This document shows positions 50,239 to 62,083 of a DNA stretch of 64,000 bases, in pieces. The notes beneath the pieces were generated by a model. The model saw only the letters and a list, made by a program, of their open reading frames with translations. It was not told the DNA's origin and searched no databases. The stretch is from an uncultured Acidimicrobiia bacterium (GTDB taxonomy: Bacteria > Acidobacteriota > Terriglobia > Versatilivoradales > Versatilivoraceae). Location of the stretch: the NCBI GenBank assembly GCA_963786955.1, contig CAWBAT010000005.1, positions 224,001 through 288,000 on the forward strand, read 5' to 3'. Numbering within the stretch: the first letter of the stretch is position 1; every line of letters starts with the position of its first letter. A program made the translations under genes and the position numbers.

Positions 50239-51474
50239 ATGCACGCAATCAAAAGACTCCGTACTAGATGGATTGGGGCAGTAGCGTTCATCCTTTTCTG
50301 GATGCCGGTAGACAGTAGTCTGCTGACAGCAGCCCAATCAGACCCGGACGAGCAGGTTCGCGTTCACTTCTCGGCCGCGCGCCAAGCCGAAAAATCCGGG
50401 GACCTCGCTAAAGCAGCCTCTGAATACCAGGCTGCTCTCAAACTCCGACCCGATGAGCCCGTGATTTACAATAATCTCGGTCTCGTTTATCACTTGCAGC
50501 TAAGATACCGTGAGGCGATCGATGCTTTCCAACAGGCCTTAAAGCTCAACCCCGAATTACTGGGCGCCAACCTGTTTCTGGGTATCGATTACTACCGGAC
50601 CAATCAGTCTGAAAATGCTCTCGCGCCTCTTAAGAACGCCATTGCGACCAACCCGAATGATGTTCAGGCGCACCTTTATTTGGGGCGTTGTTACTTGGAT
50701 CTAGGCCGTTACGAAGAGGCCTTAGAGGAGGTTAGAAACGCCGTCAGGCTGGCGCCTAAGGATGCCGACGCCTTGTACACATTGGCGCAAGTCTACGGGA
50801 AGCTCATGGGTGCCTCCTATTTGAAGATGGCTGAGGCTGACCCTGATTCCTATCGAGTCCACCAGGTGCTTGCGGAATCCTATGATAGTCAAAAGAACAT
50901 GGAGAAAGCGATTGACGAATACAAGAAAGCCATTGCCCTAAAACCCGGACTGCCGGGCTTGCATTATGGTCTGGGGGACGTGTATTGGCGCGCGGGAAGA
51001 GTCGACGAAGGGTTAAAGGAACTCCAGGACGAACTCAAACTGAATCCGGAACACTACTTGGCTATCTGGAAAATAGGAAACCTGTACATGTTGAAGAGTA
51101 GCTGGGATGAAGCCATTCCATACTTAGAAAAGGCTATTCTTTATGCGCCCAACCTGGCCCAGGCACATCGAGACTTGGGGAAGGCCTATTTCCAAAAAAA
51201 TGAACTGGAGAAAGCTGTTCAACATTATCTGAAAGTTGTCCAGCTTGATCCCGAAGAGGACACATCCCATTATCGTCTCGCGGCAATCTACAGAAAGCAG
51301 GGGCGGACACAAGAAGCCCAGGCAGAAATGAAAATTTTTGAGACTCTCGCCAAGAAGGTTAAAGCTGCTCAGAACCCACTTTTACCTGGTCTGGGGGGGG
51401 CAACTGAAAAGGAGAAAGAACAGATCGAATCGCCTGTTCCCCCGCCCGCGGAGCCTGTTCAGAAAGCACAGTGA
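50239..51474 (+). CDS. Secreted tetratricopeptide-repeat protein
   Basis: Signal-like N-terminus and repeated A..LG..Y...G....A...Y..AL.L.P units. Confidence 0.92.
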   Translation: MHAIKRLRTRWIGAVAFILFWMPVDSSLLTAAQSDPDEQVRVHFSAARQAEKSGDLAKAASEYQAALKLRPDEPVIYNNLGLVYHLQLRYREAIDAFQQALKLNPELLGANLFLGIDYYRTNQSENALAPLKNAIATNPNDVQAHLYLGRCYLDLGRYEEALEEVRNAVRLAPKDADALYTLAQVYGKLMGASYLKMAEADPDSYRVHQVLAESYDSQKNMEKAIDEYKKAIALKPGLPGLHYGLGDVYWRAGRVDEGLKELQDELKLNPEHYLAIWKIGNLYMLKSSWDEAIPYLEKAILYAPNLAQAHRDLGKAYFQKNELEKAVQHYLKVVQLDPEEDTSHYRLAAIYRKQGRTQEAQAEMKIFETLAKKVKAAQNPLLPGLGGATEKEKEQIESPVPPPAEPVQKAQ

Positions 51475-52676
51475 CCAAGACCTCCCCAGCAGCCTGCGGC
51501 ATGAAAGCTTATCAAACCTTCATCCCCATTCCAAGGGGGACTCTTTTCAATTCCCCTCAGCTGGAGGGGTGTAGGGGTGGGTTCGTTAGTGACAAAGAAC
51601 AGGCAGGATGCCCGCGCTCCCACCGAGGACTAACTCGACTGAGTGTATCCATTTGTTTGCAGCTTAGCCTGAGATTCCTTTTCGCAGTCTTTTTCCTGTC
51701 CTCTCTGGTACGGGGGAATACGTTCAGCCAGTCCAGCTTTTTTTATGATGAGGGCCTCAACCAGCTTGCCAATAAACAATTCGACCAGGCTGAAAAAAGT
51801 TTCCTCGAAGCGTTGAAAGACCCGCACGTGCCAGTGGAAGTCTATTATCAATTGGCCTGGGTGTATCTTGCCAAGGGACAGTGGAATCAAGCAGAGGATT
51901 CTGTGTCCCGGTTTCTTGTGGTTCGTCCTGGATCCGCCGACGGGCTGTATATTCGTGGATACGCGCTGTTTCGTCTTGGGAAATATGACGGGTCAATTAC
52001 TGCGTTGCAGAAATCGTTGGGGATCAAAAGCAATAACGCGGACGCCCATAAAATCTTAGGTCTTTGTTTTTTTCAAAAGAATGAAAATGAGTTGGCAGAG
52101 CGGGAATTAACCACGGCCGCTCAGTTAGATCCACGCTCTGCAGAAACGCAGTATTTTCTCGGACGTTACAACTATTCCGTGGATCGGTTTGAGCGGGCTC
52201 AACAGTCCTTCCAGGCTGCCATCAAGCTGGATCCCCAATATATGAAAGCCTATGACAATCTGGGCCTGACCTTGGATGCCCTGGGCCAACCGGATGCGGC
52301 CCAGAAAGCATTCCACAAAGCGATTGAACTCAATGAGCGCAATCATTTGAAATCGGCCTGGCCATACGAGAATCTGGGTGAGTTGTTGCTGAAACAAGAC
52401 GAGGTCACCGAAAGCATTTCTTATTTCGAAAAGGCTTTGTTGATCAATCCCGGGTGGCCGAAGGGGCATGTTTCCCTGGGGAAAGCTCAGGTTCGGATTG
52501 GCAAGATTGAAGAAGCCAAAACGAATTTCCTGGCAGCGATTCAAGCAGATCCTGAGTTTGGGGATGCCCATTACCAACTGGGGCAACTTTATAGAAAGCT
52601 AGGACAGAAGGAAGAGGCTCTTCGGGAACTGAAAATTTTTCAAAATTTGAAAGTAAAGACTGCGCCGATTGAATGA
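51471..52676 (+). CDS. Tetratricopeptide-repeat protein (true start probably further downstream, near 51650)
   Basis: TPR units; the first ~55 codons run through palindromic repeat DNA. Confidence 0.85.
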   Translation: MTKTSPAACGMKAYQTFIPIPRGTLFNSPQLEGCRGGFVSDKEQAGCPRSHRGLTRLSVSICLQLSLRFLFAVFFLSSLVRGNTFSQSSFFYDEGLNQLANKQFDQAEKSFLEALKDPHVPVEVYYQLAWVYLAKGQWNQAEDSVSRFLVVRPGSADGLYIRGYALFRLGKYDGSITALQKSLGIKSNNADAHKILGLCFFQKNENELAERELTTAAQLDPRSAETQYFLGRYNYSVDRFERAQQSFQAAIKLDPQYMKAYDNLGLTLDALGQPDAAQKAFHKAIELNERNHLKSAWPYENLGELLLKQDEVTESISYFEKALLINPGWPKGHVSLGKAQVRIGKIEEAKTNFLAAIQADPEFGDAHYQLGQLYRKLGQKEEALRELKIFQNLKVKTAPIE

Positions 52677-52789
52677 CCCCATGTCGCCGTCACGGGGCTA
52701 TAAGAATCCTTAGAACCCAGATTAGCTCCTTGTGTAATTATTATCTTGTAAGAAGTCTTCAAGGTTTTTGGCAATACCCACCCTCCCCA

Positions 52790-52922
52790 GCCCCTCATCT
52801 AGATAAGAAACATCCTGGTGATGCTCTTCTTGGCTGAGGATCTGTTGACGAACTGCCTCCAAGGGGAACATTACCGAGGGCGTTGCCCTCGGCTACGTTG
52901 TTAGGGGCCTTTCAGGCCGATG
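52790..52922. mobile_element. Second IS200-like TnpA relic with a palindromic end
   Basis: Direct near-copy of ~44990-45137; minus strand translates to AVRQQILSQEEHHQDVSYLDE. Confidence 0.68.
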
Positions 52923-53028
52923 TTTGCTCGCAAGCACCGTGGCTCTTACCTTCGATAAAGAAGCAGAGCTCCACCCTCCAACCAACCGTTTTCCTGGGTC
53001 GAGCTCCTCGAGACCGGATTCTCGAAAT

Positions 53029-53150
53029 AGTAGGGACAGGCATCCATGCCTGTCCAGTGGCTGAAAGCCACCTCCGGCCACGCCACAGCGTGGCTCGACA
53101 GGCCGGGAGGCCTGTCTCTACCAAACCGGCGTCGCGGAGCTCCGCCCTCC
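53029..53150. repeat. REPIN-like GTAG element
   Basis: GTAGGGACAGGCATCCATGCCTGTCC...GCCACGCCACAGCGTGGC...GACAGGCCGGGAGGCCTGTC; near-copy at 63474-63593. Confidence 0.8.
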
Positions 53151-53437
53151 ATACACGTACAATTCCCCCTCACCTCCAACTCCTCTCCCGCGCTGGGGAG
53201 AGGAGAGCCGACAATTTGTTTCCTGGAATGGAGCCCGAGTCTTGCGAGCCCGGAATTCCCGACAGGCTGGGAGACTTGTCCCTACCAAGCCGGTGTCAGC
53301 AAAGAAATTTCCGAACTCCTCTCTTGCCTTCCTCTCCAAACCAGGCACAATAAAACAATGTGCCATGCGGTAAGATTCTTCCAGGGCACTCCCTCGGGTA
53401 TTGATTCAATTTCTTGTGAACTCAGGTAGACGGAGAC

Positions 53438-54493
53438 ATGTTTCCGGCAGCGCCAAAACGACTCATTCTGGGGATCCTGTTCTGTTTCTTTTCTGGGAAC
53501 GTTTGCGTTGCCAATGCGCTCGAACAAACAGCCGAGCCAAACGCCTACGAACAAGGGCTCTCGCATCTGAAAAAAGGGAATTTAAGCCAGGCCGAAAAAG
53601 CCTTTCGTGAAGCAGTTGAAGATCCCGCCACCCGAGCAGAAGCCAACCATCAGCTTTCCCTTATTTACGTCAAGCGGGGCTACTGGCATGATGGTGAGGA
53701 GGCGATCCGTCAGTATTTGGAGACTCACGAACAATCGGCAGAGGGGTTCTTTGTCTTGGGTTTTTGTCTATTTCGGCAGGGGCAGTACCAAACCGCAGCC
53801 GAGGCGTTGGGGACTTCCTTAAGAATTGAGCCCAATCATCCAGAAACCCATCTCATCCTTGGGCTGGTCTATTTCCAATTGAAACAGAATCCGGAAGCGG
53901 AAAAGGAATTACTGGCCGCGATTCAGTCCAATCCGAAGCTTAGCGAAAGCCATTATTACCTGGGCCGCATCTATCATGACTCTAATCGCTATGAGCTGGC
54001 CAAACAGTCGTTTGAGTCTGCCATTCAACTCAATCCTCAATCCATTGAAGCCTATGACAGCTTAGGCCTCAGCTTGGAGGCTCTTGGGCAATTGGACGAG
54101 GCTCAAAATAGCTTTAAGAAGGCCATCGAGCTCAATGAGCTTTCCAAAGCTAAGTTCAAGTGGCCTTATTTGAATCTTGGGGAACTCCTGCTGAAACAAA
54201 AACAATATGCTGAAAGTATTCCCTATTTTGAAGAAGCCCTGAACGTGTCCCCCGGTTGGGCCAAGGCACAATTTTCACTCGGGAAGGCTTTGTTTCAATT
54301 GGGTAAACTGGAAGAGGCTAAAGAGCAATTCATCTCGGCAACACAGTCCGACCCGTACTATGCAGACCCCCACGAGCAACTTGGGCAGATCTACCTTCAG
54401 CTAGGCAAGAAAAAAGCTGCTGAAAAAGAGCTCAAACTTTATAAAAAGATAAAAGACAAACCACGACCTCCTCCCCTCTTACCGGGATGGTGA
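53438..54493 (+). CDS. Tetratricopeptide-repeat protein, paralogue of 51471-52676
   Basis: Signal peptide, TPR units and the shared segment AYD.LGL.L.ALGQ...AQ..F.KAIELNE......WPY.NLGELLLKQ. Confidence 0.92.
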   Translation: MFPAAPKRLILGILFCFFSGNVCVANALEQTAEPNAYEQGLSHLKKGNLSQAEKAFREAVEDPATRAEANHQLSLIYVKRGYWHDGEEAIRQYLETHEQSAEGFFVLGFCLFRQGQYQTAAEALGTSLRIEPNHPETHLILGLVYFQLKQNPEAEKELLAAIQSNPKLSESHYYLGRIYHDSNRYELAKQSFESAIQLNPQSIEAYDSLGLSLEALGQLDEAQNSFKKAIELNELSKAKFKWPYLNLGELLLKQKQYAESIPYFEEALNVSPGWAKAQFSLGKALFQLGKLEEAKEQFISATQSDPYYADPHEQLGQIYLQLGKKKAAEKELKLYKKIKDKPRPPPLLPGW

Positions 54494-54741
54494 GATTCAA
54501 GGAACCAAGCGTTTGTTCCGAATGCCGAAGGTAAGCGGGCGCGATTTCGATCTATTTGCTGACATGCCTGAGACTTGTAAGACGCTCAGGAAAGGGGAAA
54601 AGAATAGTGGTGACCTGCGGATTCAGGCAGAACGCGTGCGTGGGAGCGCTGCCCCCGTCGTGCCTTCATTGAGCGACGTACACGGATTTTGGAAGGAGAG
54701 CACGCGAAAAACGACCCGGATTAGAGATAATCATTCGCGCC

Positions 54742-55074
54742 TTAGACACCGCTATTGGAAAGCATGAGGCTGATGGAATTTACAATCTCAACCAATCTCG
54801 GATGCGACGCCTCGAACCCTTTCGCGGATGAAGACAGACCTTCCAGAGAAAGTTCGAGGAGCTGCGGATTCCTATCCTGACGCGTGGCTTCATGCGCTGA
54901 GACGTCGGCGAAGCCCGTGATGCTCATGGCTTCCTCTCCATGAGTCTGAGAAAGCTTCGTAATCTCGGTCTTCAACTCTGCGAGCAGGCTGAGTATTTCG
55001 CCCTTGTTTTCCGATTTGATGGATTCCGCATTTTCGATCTTCGATCGGATTTTCGCAATCGTCTCTTGAATCAT
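54742..55074 (-). CDS. DUF4404-like small helical protein
   Basis: C-terminal FEASHPRLVEIVNSISLMLSNSGV; AAGGAG RBS. Confidence 0.75.
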   Translation of the reverse strand: MIQETIAKIRSKIENAESIKSENKGEILSLLAELKTEITKLSQTHGEEAMSITGFADVSAHEATRQDRNPQLLELSLEGLSSSAKGFEASHPRLVEIVNSISLMLSNSGV

Positions 55075-55213
55075 TACCTCGCTCCTTTAAGCCTGGGAAT
55101 CATCAAATTCTCCGAGTCATCACTTGAAAAATTTGACTCGGGCCAACATCCCTACAACCCGGATGGAACAATGATAATTCTCCTTGGCCTGCATCGCAAA
55201 CAACGCATTGCGA

Positions 55214-55468
55214 CTATATGCAGAACTCATCAGAGGATAACGCCTGCACTCCTAAGGGAATGGGATCCGCGATCACAACAGGACATCTCACCCCTAGTTT
55301 CCGCAGGATATCTTCCATTAGGCACCAGCGGGTGAGGGCCGATTGGAAGAGATTCAATCCCACAAAGGCTGTGAACAAATACCAATAGGGACTTACCCAG
55401 TGTCCCAGCGCCAAACTGCCCATAACAAATGTGCCAGCTATCAGGCGAATATATCTTTCGAGTGTCAT
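55214..55468 (-). CDS. DUF2892 (YgaP-like) membrane protein
   Basis: ERYIRLIAG...FVGLNLFQSALTRWC; GGAGG RBS before ATG 55468. Confidence 0.88.
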   Translation of the reverse strand: MTLERYIRLIAGTFVMGSLALGHWVSPYWYLFTAFVGLNLFQSALTRWCLMEDILRKLGVRCPVVIADPIPLGVQALSSDEFCI

Positions 55469-55488
55469 ATTGATGGACCTCCACCTAA

Positions 55489-58400
55489 TCAAATTGTAGC
55501 GCGTTTTCGGTTGCCCATGAAGAAGAGTATGGGCACGACCATTCGCGAAAGCAATAATGAAGCGACCTCGCCGGCCATGAGTGAGAGGGCCAACCCTTGA
55601 AAAATCGGATCGAACAAGATGACCGCGGATCCAACGATCACCGCTGCGGCCGTCAACATCATCGGACGAAACCTCACGGCGCCGGCATCCACAACAGCTT
55701 CATCCAGTGGCATCCCCTCCCTCAACCGCAGTTCGATAAAATCCACCAGAATGATGGAGTTCCTCACCACAATCCCGGCTCCTGCAATAAATCCAATCAT
55801 CGAAGTGGCTGTAAAAAAAGCGCCCATCAGGCCATGGGCCGGCAAAATGCCAATCAGAGAAAAAGGGATGGCCATCATGATGATGACTGGCGTCTTGAAC
55901 GATTGAAACCAGGCCACTACCAGAACATAAATCAATACCAGGACGGCGGCAAATGCGAGCCCCAGGTCACGAAAAACTTCGTAAGTAATGTGCCATTCAC
56001 CGTCCCACTTCATGGCAAGTTTTTGGGTTGTCGGAGGCTGGGTCGATGTATACCGTTCGATTTCATAGCCCTCAGGGATTTTCAAATTTTGGATCTTCTC
56101 ATTCATCTCGAATATGGCATAAACAGGGCTTTCGACTTCCCCGGCGACATCGGCAGTCACATACACAACAGGCATCAAATTCTTGTGATAGATGCTTTTG
56201 TCGGCTATCGTTGACTCCAGCTTCGCGATTTCCCCCAGAGAAATCATATTCCCCTGGCTCCCGGCCAATCGGATGGTCTTGAGTAAATCAGGATTCGAGC
56301 GCTCCGAAAGCGGTAATCGAAAGAGAATATTCACGTCCTCTTTTTCTTTGGGCAGATGAAGCAGCCCGGCATTTACCCCTTCTACACTCAACCGCAAAGC
56401 CTGAGTGACTTGCTCGGTGGAAACACCATGAATCGCGGCTTTCTCCTTATCAACGATAAAGCGATACTTCGTCTGGTCGTCTTCAAGATACCAGTCTGAA
56501 TCGACAACGCCTCGGCTGGATTCAAAAACTTGCAGGATTTGCTTGGCGACCTGTTGCTGGCGTTCATAATCAGGACCATAGATTTCCGCAACCAGTGTCT
56601 GCAAGACGGGAGGCCCAGGCGGAACCTCTGCCACTTTGACTCTAGCCCCATAGGACTGCGCAATTTGTTGGAGTCTGGGCCGTACCCGCTTGCTGATGTC
56701 GTGACTTTGGGCCTTTCGTTCTTGTTTGGGTAGCAGGTTGACCTGAATATCGGCTACATTCTGGCCGCGACGGAGATAGTAATGGCGTACCAGACCGTTG
56801 AAGTTGTACGGAGAGGCGATCCCAACGTAGGTTTGATAATCTGTTACCTCCGGGACCGTTTTTAGATAATCACCCATTTGACGGGCCGCCTGGGCGGTCC
56901 TCTCCAAAGTTGTCCCTTCCGGCATGTCAATAATGACCTGGAACTCACTCTTGTTATCAAAGGGAAGCATTTTCACCGTGACAAACCTAAAATAGACGAG
57001 AGACAAAGAACACAATAACAGGATCATGACCCCGAGGAGGAACCCCCAACGCAAGAAAGGACGGTGAATCAGCGGGTTCATCAGCCGGCGATAGAGGCGA
57101 GTGGTCCAGTCTTCATAGGAATGGAGAGCCGGGAAGGCTGGACTTGGGGGATCACTCTTTGGAGTTCCATTATCCCCCTCACCGCTCCGGATGGATCCTT
57201 CTTTAGGATTCGCACGATGCAATAACCGCAGGGAAGCCCATGGGGTCACAACGAAAGCCACCAACAATGAGAAGATCATGGCAGCGGAAGCACCCACGGG
57301 AATGGGACGCATGTAGGGTCCCATTAAGCCGCGCACAAAGGCCATCGGAACAATTGCGGCAATGACCGCAAAAGTAGCCAGAATCGTGGGATTGCCGACT
57401 TCATCCACGGCCTCACAAGCGACTTCCAACAATTTTCTTCCCAGGTTTTGAGGAAGTCGATAGTGTCGCACGATGTTTTCCACCACAACGATGGCATCGT
57501 CCACCAGAATTCCAATGGAGAAGATCAGCGCAAAGAGTGTGATGCGATTGAGCGTATAGCCGTAAAGATAAAAAACCGCCAAGGTAAGGGACAACGTCAC
57601 CGGGATAGCCACTGCCACGACGCCCGACTCCCGGAAACCCAGCGTGAACCAGACCAGCGCGGTCACTGAGAGAATCGCAATGGCCATATGAAAGAGCAGT
57701 TCGTTGGATTTCTCAGCGGCAGTCTCTCCGTATTGCCGGGTGACGGTCATTTGGACGTCTCCGGGTATCCAGTTCCCCTTATAGGCATTGACCTTTTCGA
57801 GCACTGCATCGGCAACCTGGATCGCGTTGGTGCCTTTCCGTTTGGCTACGGCCAAGGTTACTGCGGGGAAATCCTGCCGACCGTCAGACAGGATCGGGAT
57901 TTTCTTGGATTCAGCAGCGACGCCAGCTCCAAAAAAAACATATTGGCTCGGCTCTTCGGGACCATCTCGCACCTCGGCCACATCGCGCAAATAAATAGGC
58001 TTTTGGTTTTCTGCACCAATGACGAGAGCTCCAACGTCTTCGGCACTTTCAAAGAAGCCCCCGGTTTCAACAAGAAACTCCCGGTTGGCCTGGATCAAGG
58101 CTCCCGCCGGCAGGTTTTGATTTTCCTGCCGCAGTCGTCCCATTACCGTCAGAGGTGATAACCGATAGGATGCCAGTCTTGCATTGTCCAAGCTGACCAA
58201 GACTTGCCTTTTTTGCCCTCCGATCAAGGTCGTAGCTGAAACATTATTGACCTGTTTGACCACATCTTCTAATTGGGCAACCATGCGCCGCAAGGTGTAA
58301 TGGTCATAGCGTTGGCTCCAAAAAGTGAGAGCCAAGATAGGGACATCGTCAATATACCGTGGCTTGATGAGCGGGCCGGAAGCCCCTGGCGGGATCAAAT

Positions 58401-58767
58401 CAAAGTTCGCAAACATTTTCTGGTTGAGGCGAACGATGCTTTTCTCTTCGTCCTCTCCCACATAAAAGCGGACCACGGCCATCGCGAATCCGGGGCTGGA
58501 GGTAGAGTAGATATACTCCACACCTGGAATTTCCCAGATCAGTTTCTCCATCGGCTTCGTGACGCGTTCCTCAACTTCCTTGGCGGAGGCGCCAGGCATC
58601 TGGACAAAGACATCAATCATGGGAACAATGATTTGGGGTTCTTCTTCACGCGGGAGGACTAAAATAGCACCTATTCCCAGCAGGATGGAGCTGACAATAA
58701 TCAGCGGCGTCAGTTTGGAATCAATGAATGCCTGTGCGACTCGACCGGCGAGCCCCAACGATTTCAT
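55489..58767 (-). CDS. RND efflux permease (AcrB/AcrD/AcrF family)
   Basis: [21 protein letters not shown] and RFRPMMLT motifs; ATGA overlap with the upstream gene. Confidence 0.95.
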   Translation of the reverse strand: MKSLGLAGRVAQAFIDSKLTPLIIVSSILLGIGAILVLPREEEPQIIVPMIDVFVQMPGASAKEVEERVTKPMEKLIWEIPGVEYIYSTSSPGFAMAVVRFYVGEDEEKSIVRLNQKMFANFDLIPPGASGPLIKPRYIDDVPILALTFWSQRYDHYTLRRMVAQLEDVVKQVNNVSATTLIGGQKRQVLVSLDNARLASYRLSPLTVMGRLRQENQNLPAGALIQANREFLVETGGFFESAEDVGALVIGAENQKPIYLRDVAEVRDGPEEPSQYVFFGAGVAAESKKIPILSDGRQDFPAVTLAVAKRKGTNAIQVADAVLEKVNAYKGNWIPGDVQMTVTRQYGETAAEKSNELLFHMAIAILSVTALVWFTLGFRESGVVAVAIPVTLSLTLAVFYLYGYTLNRITLFALIFSIGILVDDAIVVVENIVRHYRLPQNLGRKLLEVACEAVDEVGNPTILATFAVIAAIVPMAFVRGLMGPYMRPIPVGASAAMIFSLLVAFVVTPWASLRLLHRANPKEGSIRSGEGDNGTPKSDPPSPAFPALHSYEDWTTRLYRRLMNPLIHRPFLRWGFLLGVMILLLCSLSLVYFRFVTVKMLPFDNKSEFQVIIDMPEGTTLERTAQAARQMGDYLKTVPEVTDYQTYVGIASPYNFNGLVRHYYLRRGQNVADIQVNLLPKQERKAQSHDISKRVRPRLQQIAQSYGARVKVAEVPPGPPVLQTLVAEIYGPDYERQQQVAKQILQVFESSRGVVDSDWYLEDDQTKYRFIVDKEKAAIHGVSTEQVTQALRLSVEGVNAGLLHLPKEKEDVNILFRLPLSERSNPDLLKTIRLAGSQGNMISLGEIAKLESTIADKSIYHKNLMPVVYVTADVAGEVESPVYAIFEMNEKIQNLKIPEGYEIERYTSTQPPTTQKLAMKWDGEWHITYEVFRDLGLAFAAVLVLIYVLVVAWFQSFKTPVIIMMAIPFSLIGILPAHGLMGAFFTATSMIGFIAGAGIVVRNSIILVDFIELRLREGMPLDEAVVDAGAVRFRPMMLTAAAVIVGSAVILFDPIFQGLALSLMAGEVASLLLSRMVVPILFFMGNRKRATI

Positions 58768-59927
58768 CGTGAAGCCTCCACCAGACATCCGTCGCAGAGT
58801 TCTGGACTAAGCGGGGTGACGTAGATTTCGCCTCCCTCGAGCCCGGAAAGAACTTCGACCCCCCGACCGGTGATTTCCCCCAGTTTCACCAGACGTAATC
58901 TGATGCGATTGTCCTTGTCCAACACATAGACTCCTTCCAATTGGCCCTGGTGGATGACGCCAGCCGGTTGAATCCAAATCCCTTTCGATATTTCTCCATC
59001 AAAAAAAGCTTCACCATACATCCCTGCTCGCACTTGGTTATTCTGCGGGAGCTTCAGTTTAACGATAAAGGTCCGACTGGCAGGATCTGCGGCAGGCTGG
59101 ATCTCCGCGATGGTCCCCTTCAATTCTGAAGGTTTCAGTGAATCAATTCTAAGAGCAACGGTTTGTCCATTCTTCAAGCCCGCCATCCTACCTTCCCCAA
59201 CCGTGACTTCCAACTGGTAATGATCAGTCTCCTCAACGGTCAGCAAGGGCACCCCGGGCGCTGCAAGCATTCCTACCTCCGCTTGGCGAGCTAGGACGAC
59301 GCCATTCAAGGGAGACGTAACCTGGGTGTAACTGAGCAATGCCCGGGCTGATTGGACATCGGATTCAGCCTGCCGCATGCGGGCTTCGACTTGATTTTTC
59401 CTGGCTTGCAAGGCTTCTAAAGATGCCGCTGCCGATTGTTGCTTTGTTCTGACCTCGTCAAACTCCTGTGGGCTAACGGATTTTTGGCTCGCCAGTTCCT
59501 CGTAACGCTTCAGCGTTGTCGAAGCCAGTTGATGGTTGAATTGGGCCGATTCAATATTCCGATCCATTTCCTGCAAGGCTTGCCCGGCCTCCGCTAAACC
59601 CGCTTCGGATTTCTGGACCATGGCATTTGTTTCGCGGGAATCCAGAGTGACGAGCAACTGGCCTTTTTGAACACGATCTCCGGCTCGAACTTTAACTTCG
59701 AGCACTGTCCCCATAATCTTACTGGACAGCGGAGCAACCGCAACCGATTTGACCGTACCTGGAGCCTTGTAAAGCATTGCACCCTCAGTGAATGCAGCCA
59801 CATCGGTTTTAACGGATATAGGCCGGGACACTCCTTCCTTTGCAGCTTCCTTCGCGGGTTTCTCGCCGCAACCCGGCAAGAAGAGCAAAAGAACAAGCAG
59901 AGTTCGGAACATATGAGTTTGTTTCAT
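58764..59927 (-). CDS. RND periplasmic adaptor (membrane fusion lipoprotein)
   Basis: Lipobox [21 protein letters not shown] and [10 protein letters not shown] motifs. Confidence 0.93.
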   Translation of the reverse strand: MKQTHMFRTLLVLLLFLPGCGEKPAKEAAKEGVSRPISVKTDVAAFTEGAMLYKAPGTVKSVAVAPLSSKIMGTVLEVKVRAGDRVQKGQLLVTLDSRETNAMVQKSEAGLAEAGQALQEMDRNIESAQFNHQLASTTLKRYEELASQKSVSPQEFDEVRTKQQSAAASLEALQARKNQVEARMRQAESDVQSARALLSYTQVTSPLNGVVLARQAEVGMLAAPGVPLLTVEETDHYQLEVTVGEGRMAGLKNGQTVALRIDSLKPSELKGTIAEIQPAADPASRTFIVKLKLPQNNQVRAGMYGEAFFDGEISKGIWIQPAGVIHQGQLEGVYVLDKDNRIRLRLVKLGEITGRGVEVLSGLEGGEIYVTPLSPELCDGCLVEASR

Positions 59928-59968
59928 TGCGACTCCTGTGATTCGGAGTAATCAATTCCATCCACTAT

Positions 59969-61474
59969 TCATTCTTTTACAATCCGCGAATCGGCCGACA
60001 ATCGCCCGACCTGAAGTTCCAGATTTGCCACGCTGATTCGCTGCTCGAACAGGGATCTTAAGAATGATGTCCTCGCGCGTACCAATGCCGTCTCGGCGCG
60101 AAGGAGCTCCGTAACGGTCGTGAGGCCGGCTTGGTAACGGTTGCGAACTATCCTGAGGCTCTCTTCAGCTTGAGAAACAGACTTTTGACTGACTTCCGTA
60201 ACACTCGTCGCGGTCTCAACCTCAAGATAGGCTTTCTCTACCTGAAGCCGAATCGCCTGCGCCAAATGCTCCTGCATGACTGTCTGACGCTTTTGAAGGA
60301 GATGGGCTTCGGCCAAATGAGCTTGATTCTCACGGCCATTGAAAATATTGACCCGCAAATTAATTCCCACTAACCAGCTGTTGCTGTCGGCGGAGGCGAA
60401 GTTCTGGTCGTCCGTTTGCCAACTTCCAAAAGCACTCAAGGTGGGCCAGAATTCCGAACGTGCCGAACCGAGAGCCGCCTCATTCGATTGAGTAGCCAAT
60501 TGCGCCTGCTTGAAGTCAGGCCGCAGAGTAAGGGCAATTCCCTGTAATGCCTTCAGATCCTGAGCCTCCAAAGGGAATGGTTTTAAAGGCTGAACGAGTT
60601 CGAAGGCTCTATCCAACGGCATCCCCATTTCAAAATTGAGATTGGCCAACGCAAGTTTGGCTTGATTCCGGGCACGAACCAGCTCTTCCAATTGGGCTGC
60701 ATGGTGGACCTTTACGCTCAAAAGGTCCGACTCAACAACCAACCCCACTTTAAACATATTCTCAACTTCCTCGTTGTCGGCAACCGCGCTTTGGACAGCA
60801 TCCTCAGATACCTTAACCATTTCCTTCGCCAGTAAGGCTTCCAGGTAGCATTTGACGACTCGGAAAATAAGATCGGATTGAGTTCTCTTGAGTTCCTCGT
60901 CTGAAATCTGGCGACCTAATCGGAACTGAGTTCGGATATTCCGGGTGCGTCCCCCGTCAAAGAGAAGCTGATTCAGAGAGAACTTGTTTTGGAAATTGGA
61001 CAGTGGATTTGGATAGTTCAAGTGGTTGAGGGCGAAATCTGCAGCCGTGAAACGGCGTTGGTTGAGCAGACTTCCAAATACGTAGACTGGATTATTCCCT
61101 TGGGTAAAGTTGTAGTCAAAACTTACCTTTGGAAGATAATTCGAGAAGGTCGCGCGGGACCGGACTTCCGCCACTTCAACGTTGAATCCCGCAGCTTTGA
61201 TCAATGGACTGCCGTCCAACGCCTGCGCAACGGCTTCTTCGAGAGTTAAAATCTCTGTTTTATCTTGGGCTGCCGCGGCAAAGTTCCTGGGCCCCAAAAG
61301 GATTCCAACCAAAAGCAAAATGCGCGCGCAAATTGACCAATAGGTGTCAGTCTTCCGGAGGCCTATACAACAGGATTGGAACAAGTCGCCCTCGGAGACA
61401 TGTTCCCTCGAATTCAGACCTGCCTGAGGAGCAGCAAGGGTTTCAGCACCATTTAGAGAGGGGAGGATGTTCAT
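59969..61474 (-). CDS. TolC-family outer membrane protein (start uncertain)
   Basis: LTLEEAV..AL, YLPKV, QLLFDGG and RYQAGLTT.TELL.AE motifs. Confidence 0.88.
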   Translation of the reverse strand: MNILPSLNGAETLAAPQAGLNSREHVSEGDLFQSCCIGLRKTDTYWSICARILLLVGILLGPRNFAAAAQDKTEILTLEEAVAQALDGSPLIKAAGFNVEVAEVRSRATFSNYLPKVSFDYNFTQGNNPVYVFGSLLNQRRFTAADFALNHLNYPNPLSNFQNKFSLNQLLFDGGRTRNIRTQFRLGRQISDEELKRTQSDLIFRVVKCYLEALLAKEMVKVSEDAVQSAVADNEEVENMFKVGLVVESDLLSVKVHHAAQLEELVRARNQAKLALANLNFEMGMPLDRAFELVQPLKPFPLEAQDLKALQGIALTLRPDFKQAQLATQSNEAALGSARSEFWPTLSAFGSWQTDDQNFASADSNSWLVGINLRVNIFNGRENQAHLAEAHLLQKRQTVMQEHLAQAIRLQVEKAYLEVETATSVTEVSQKSVSQAEESLRIVRNRYQAGLTTVTELLRAETALVRARTSFLRSLFEQRISVANLELQVGRLSADSRIVKE

Positions 61475-62083
61475 TCTTGTGACAGACCAGGTTGCGTTTG
61501 TGCGGGAAGCCATTAGGAGACTCAAGGGTCGCCCACGATATACACCTACCGATTGGATCTTAGCAAAGATGTAACCACTTCCCATCGGGGGTTGTAAATG
61601 GGAAAAAGGTCTGTAATGGGATGAGTTCGACAACTCCAAACAGGCGGTATCATCCAATTTCAATTTCCGCTGGGGGAATTTCCCCAAGGGTATGGGTGAT
61701 ATCAGCAGACATCAAAGCCGAAACGAATCAGGCTTTAATGTTCTGAAAACGCTTGAACCTATTGTAAACTGGTCGGTGGGAAAGCACTTAAACTGGTCAT
61801 TGACGTGCATGACTTGACTCGTGGATCTAGACAAGTGCACCTGACGTCCCGAGAGGCTTTATGGATGGCTGCGCTGGATGTCCCCGTTCTCCAAGAATAA
61901 GAGCCCATTGCCCAGCGATTCAGGGCACCGGATCTAGTTTGAAATCATTTCTCGAACGCGAACGGAAATGAGTGGGGATCTATCGTCCTCAGCAATTCCC
62001 GGAATTGCCTCTCTGCAACGGGAACAGTCCCTGATTTTTTTGATGCAATCACTTAAAAAGAAGAAGAAAAGGGGGTCGATGCG

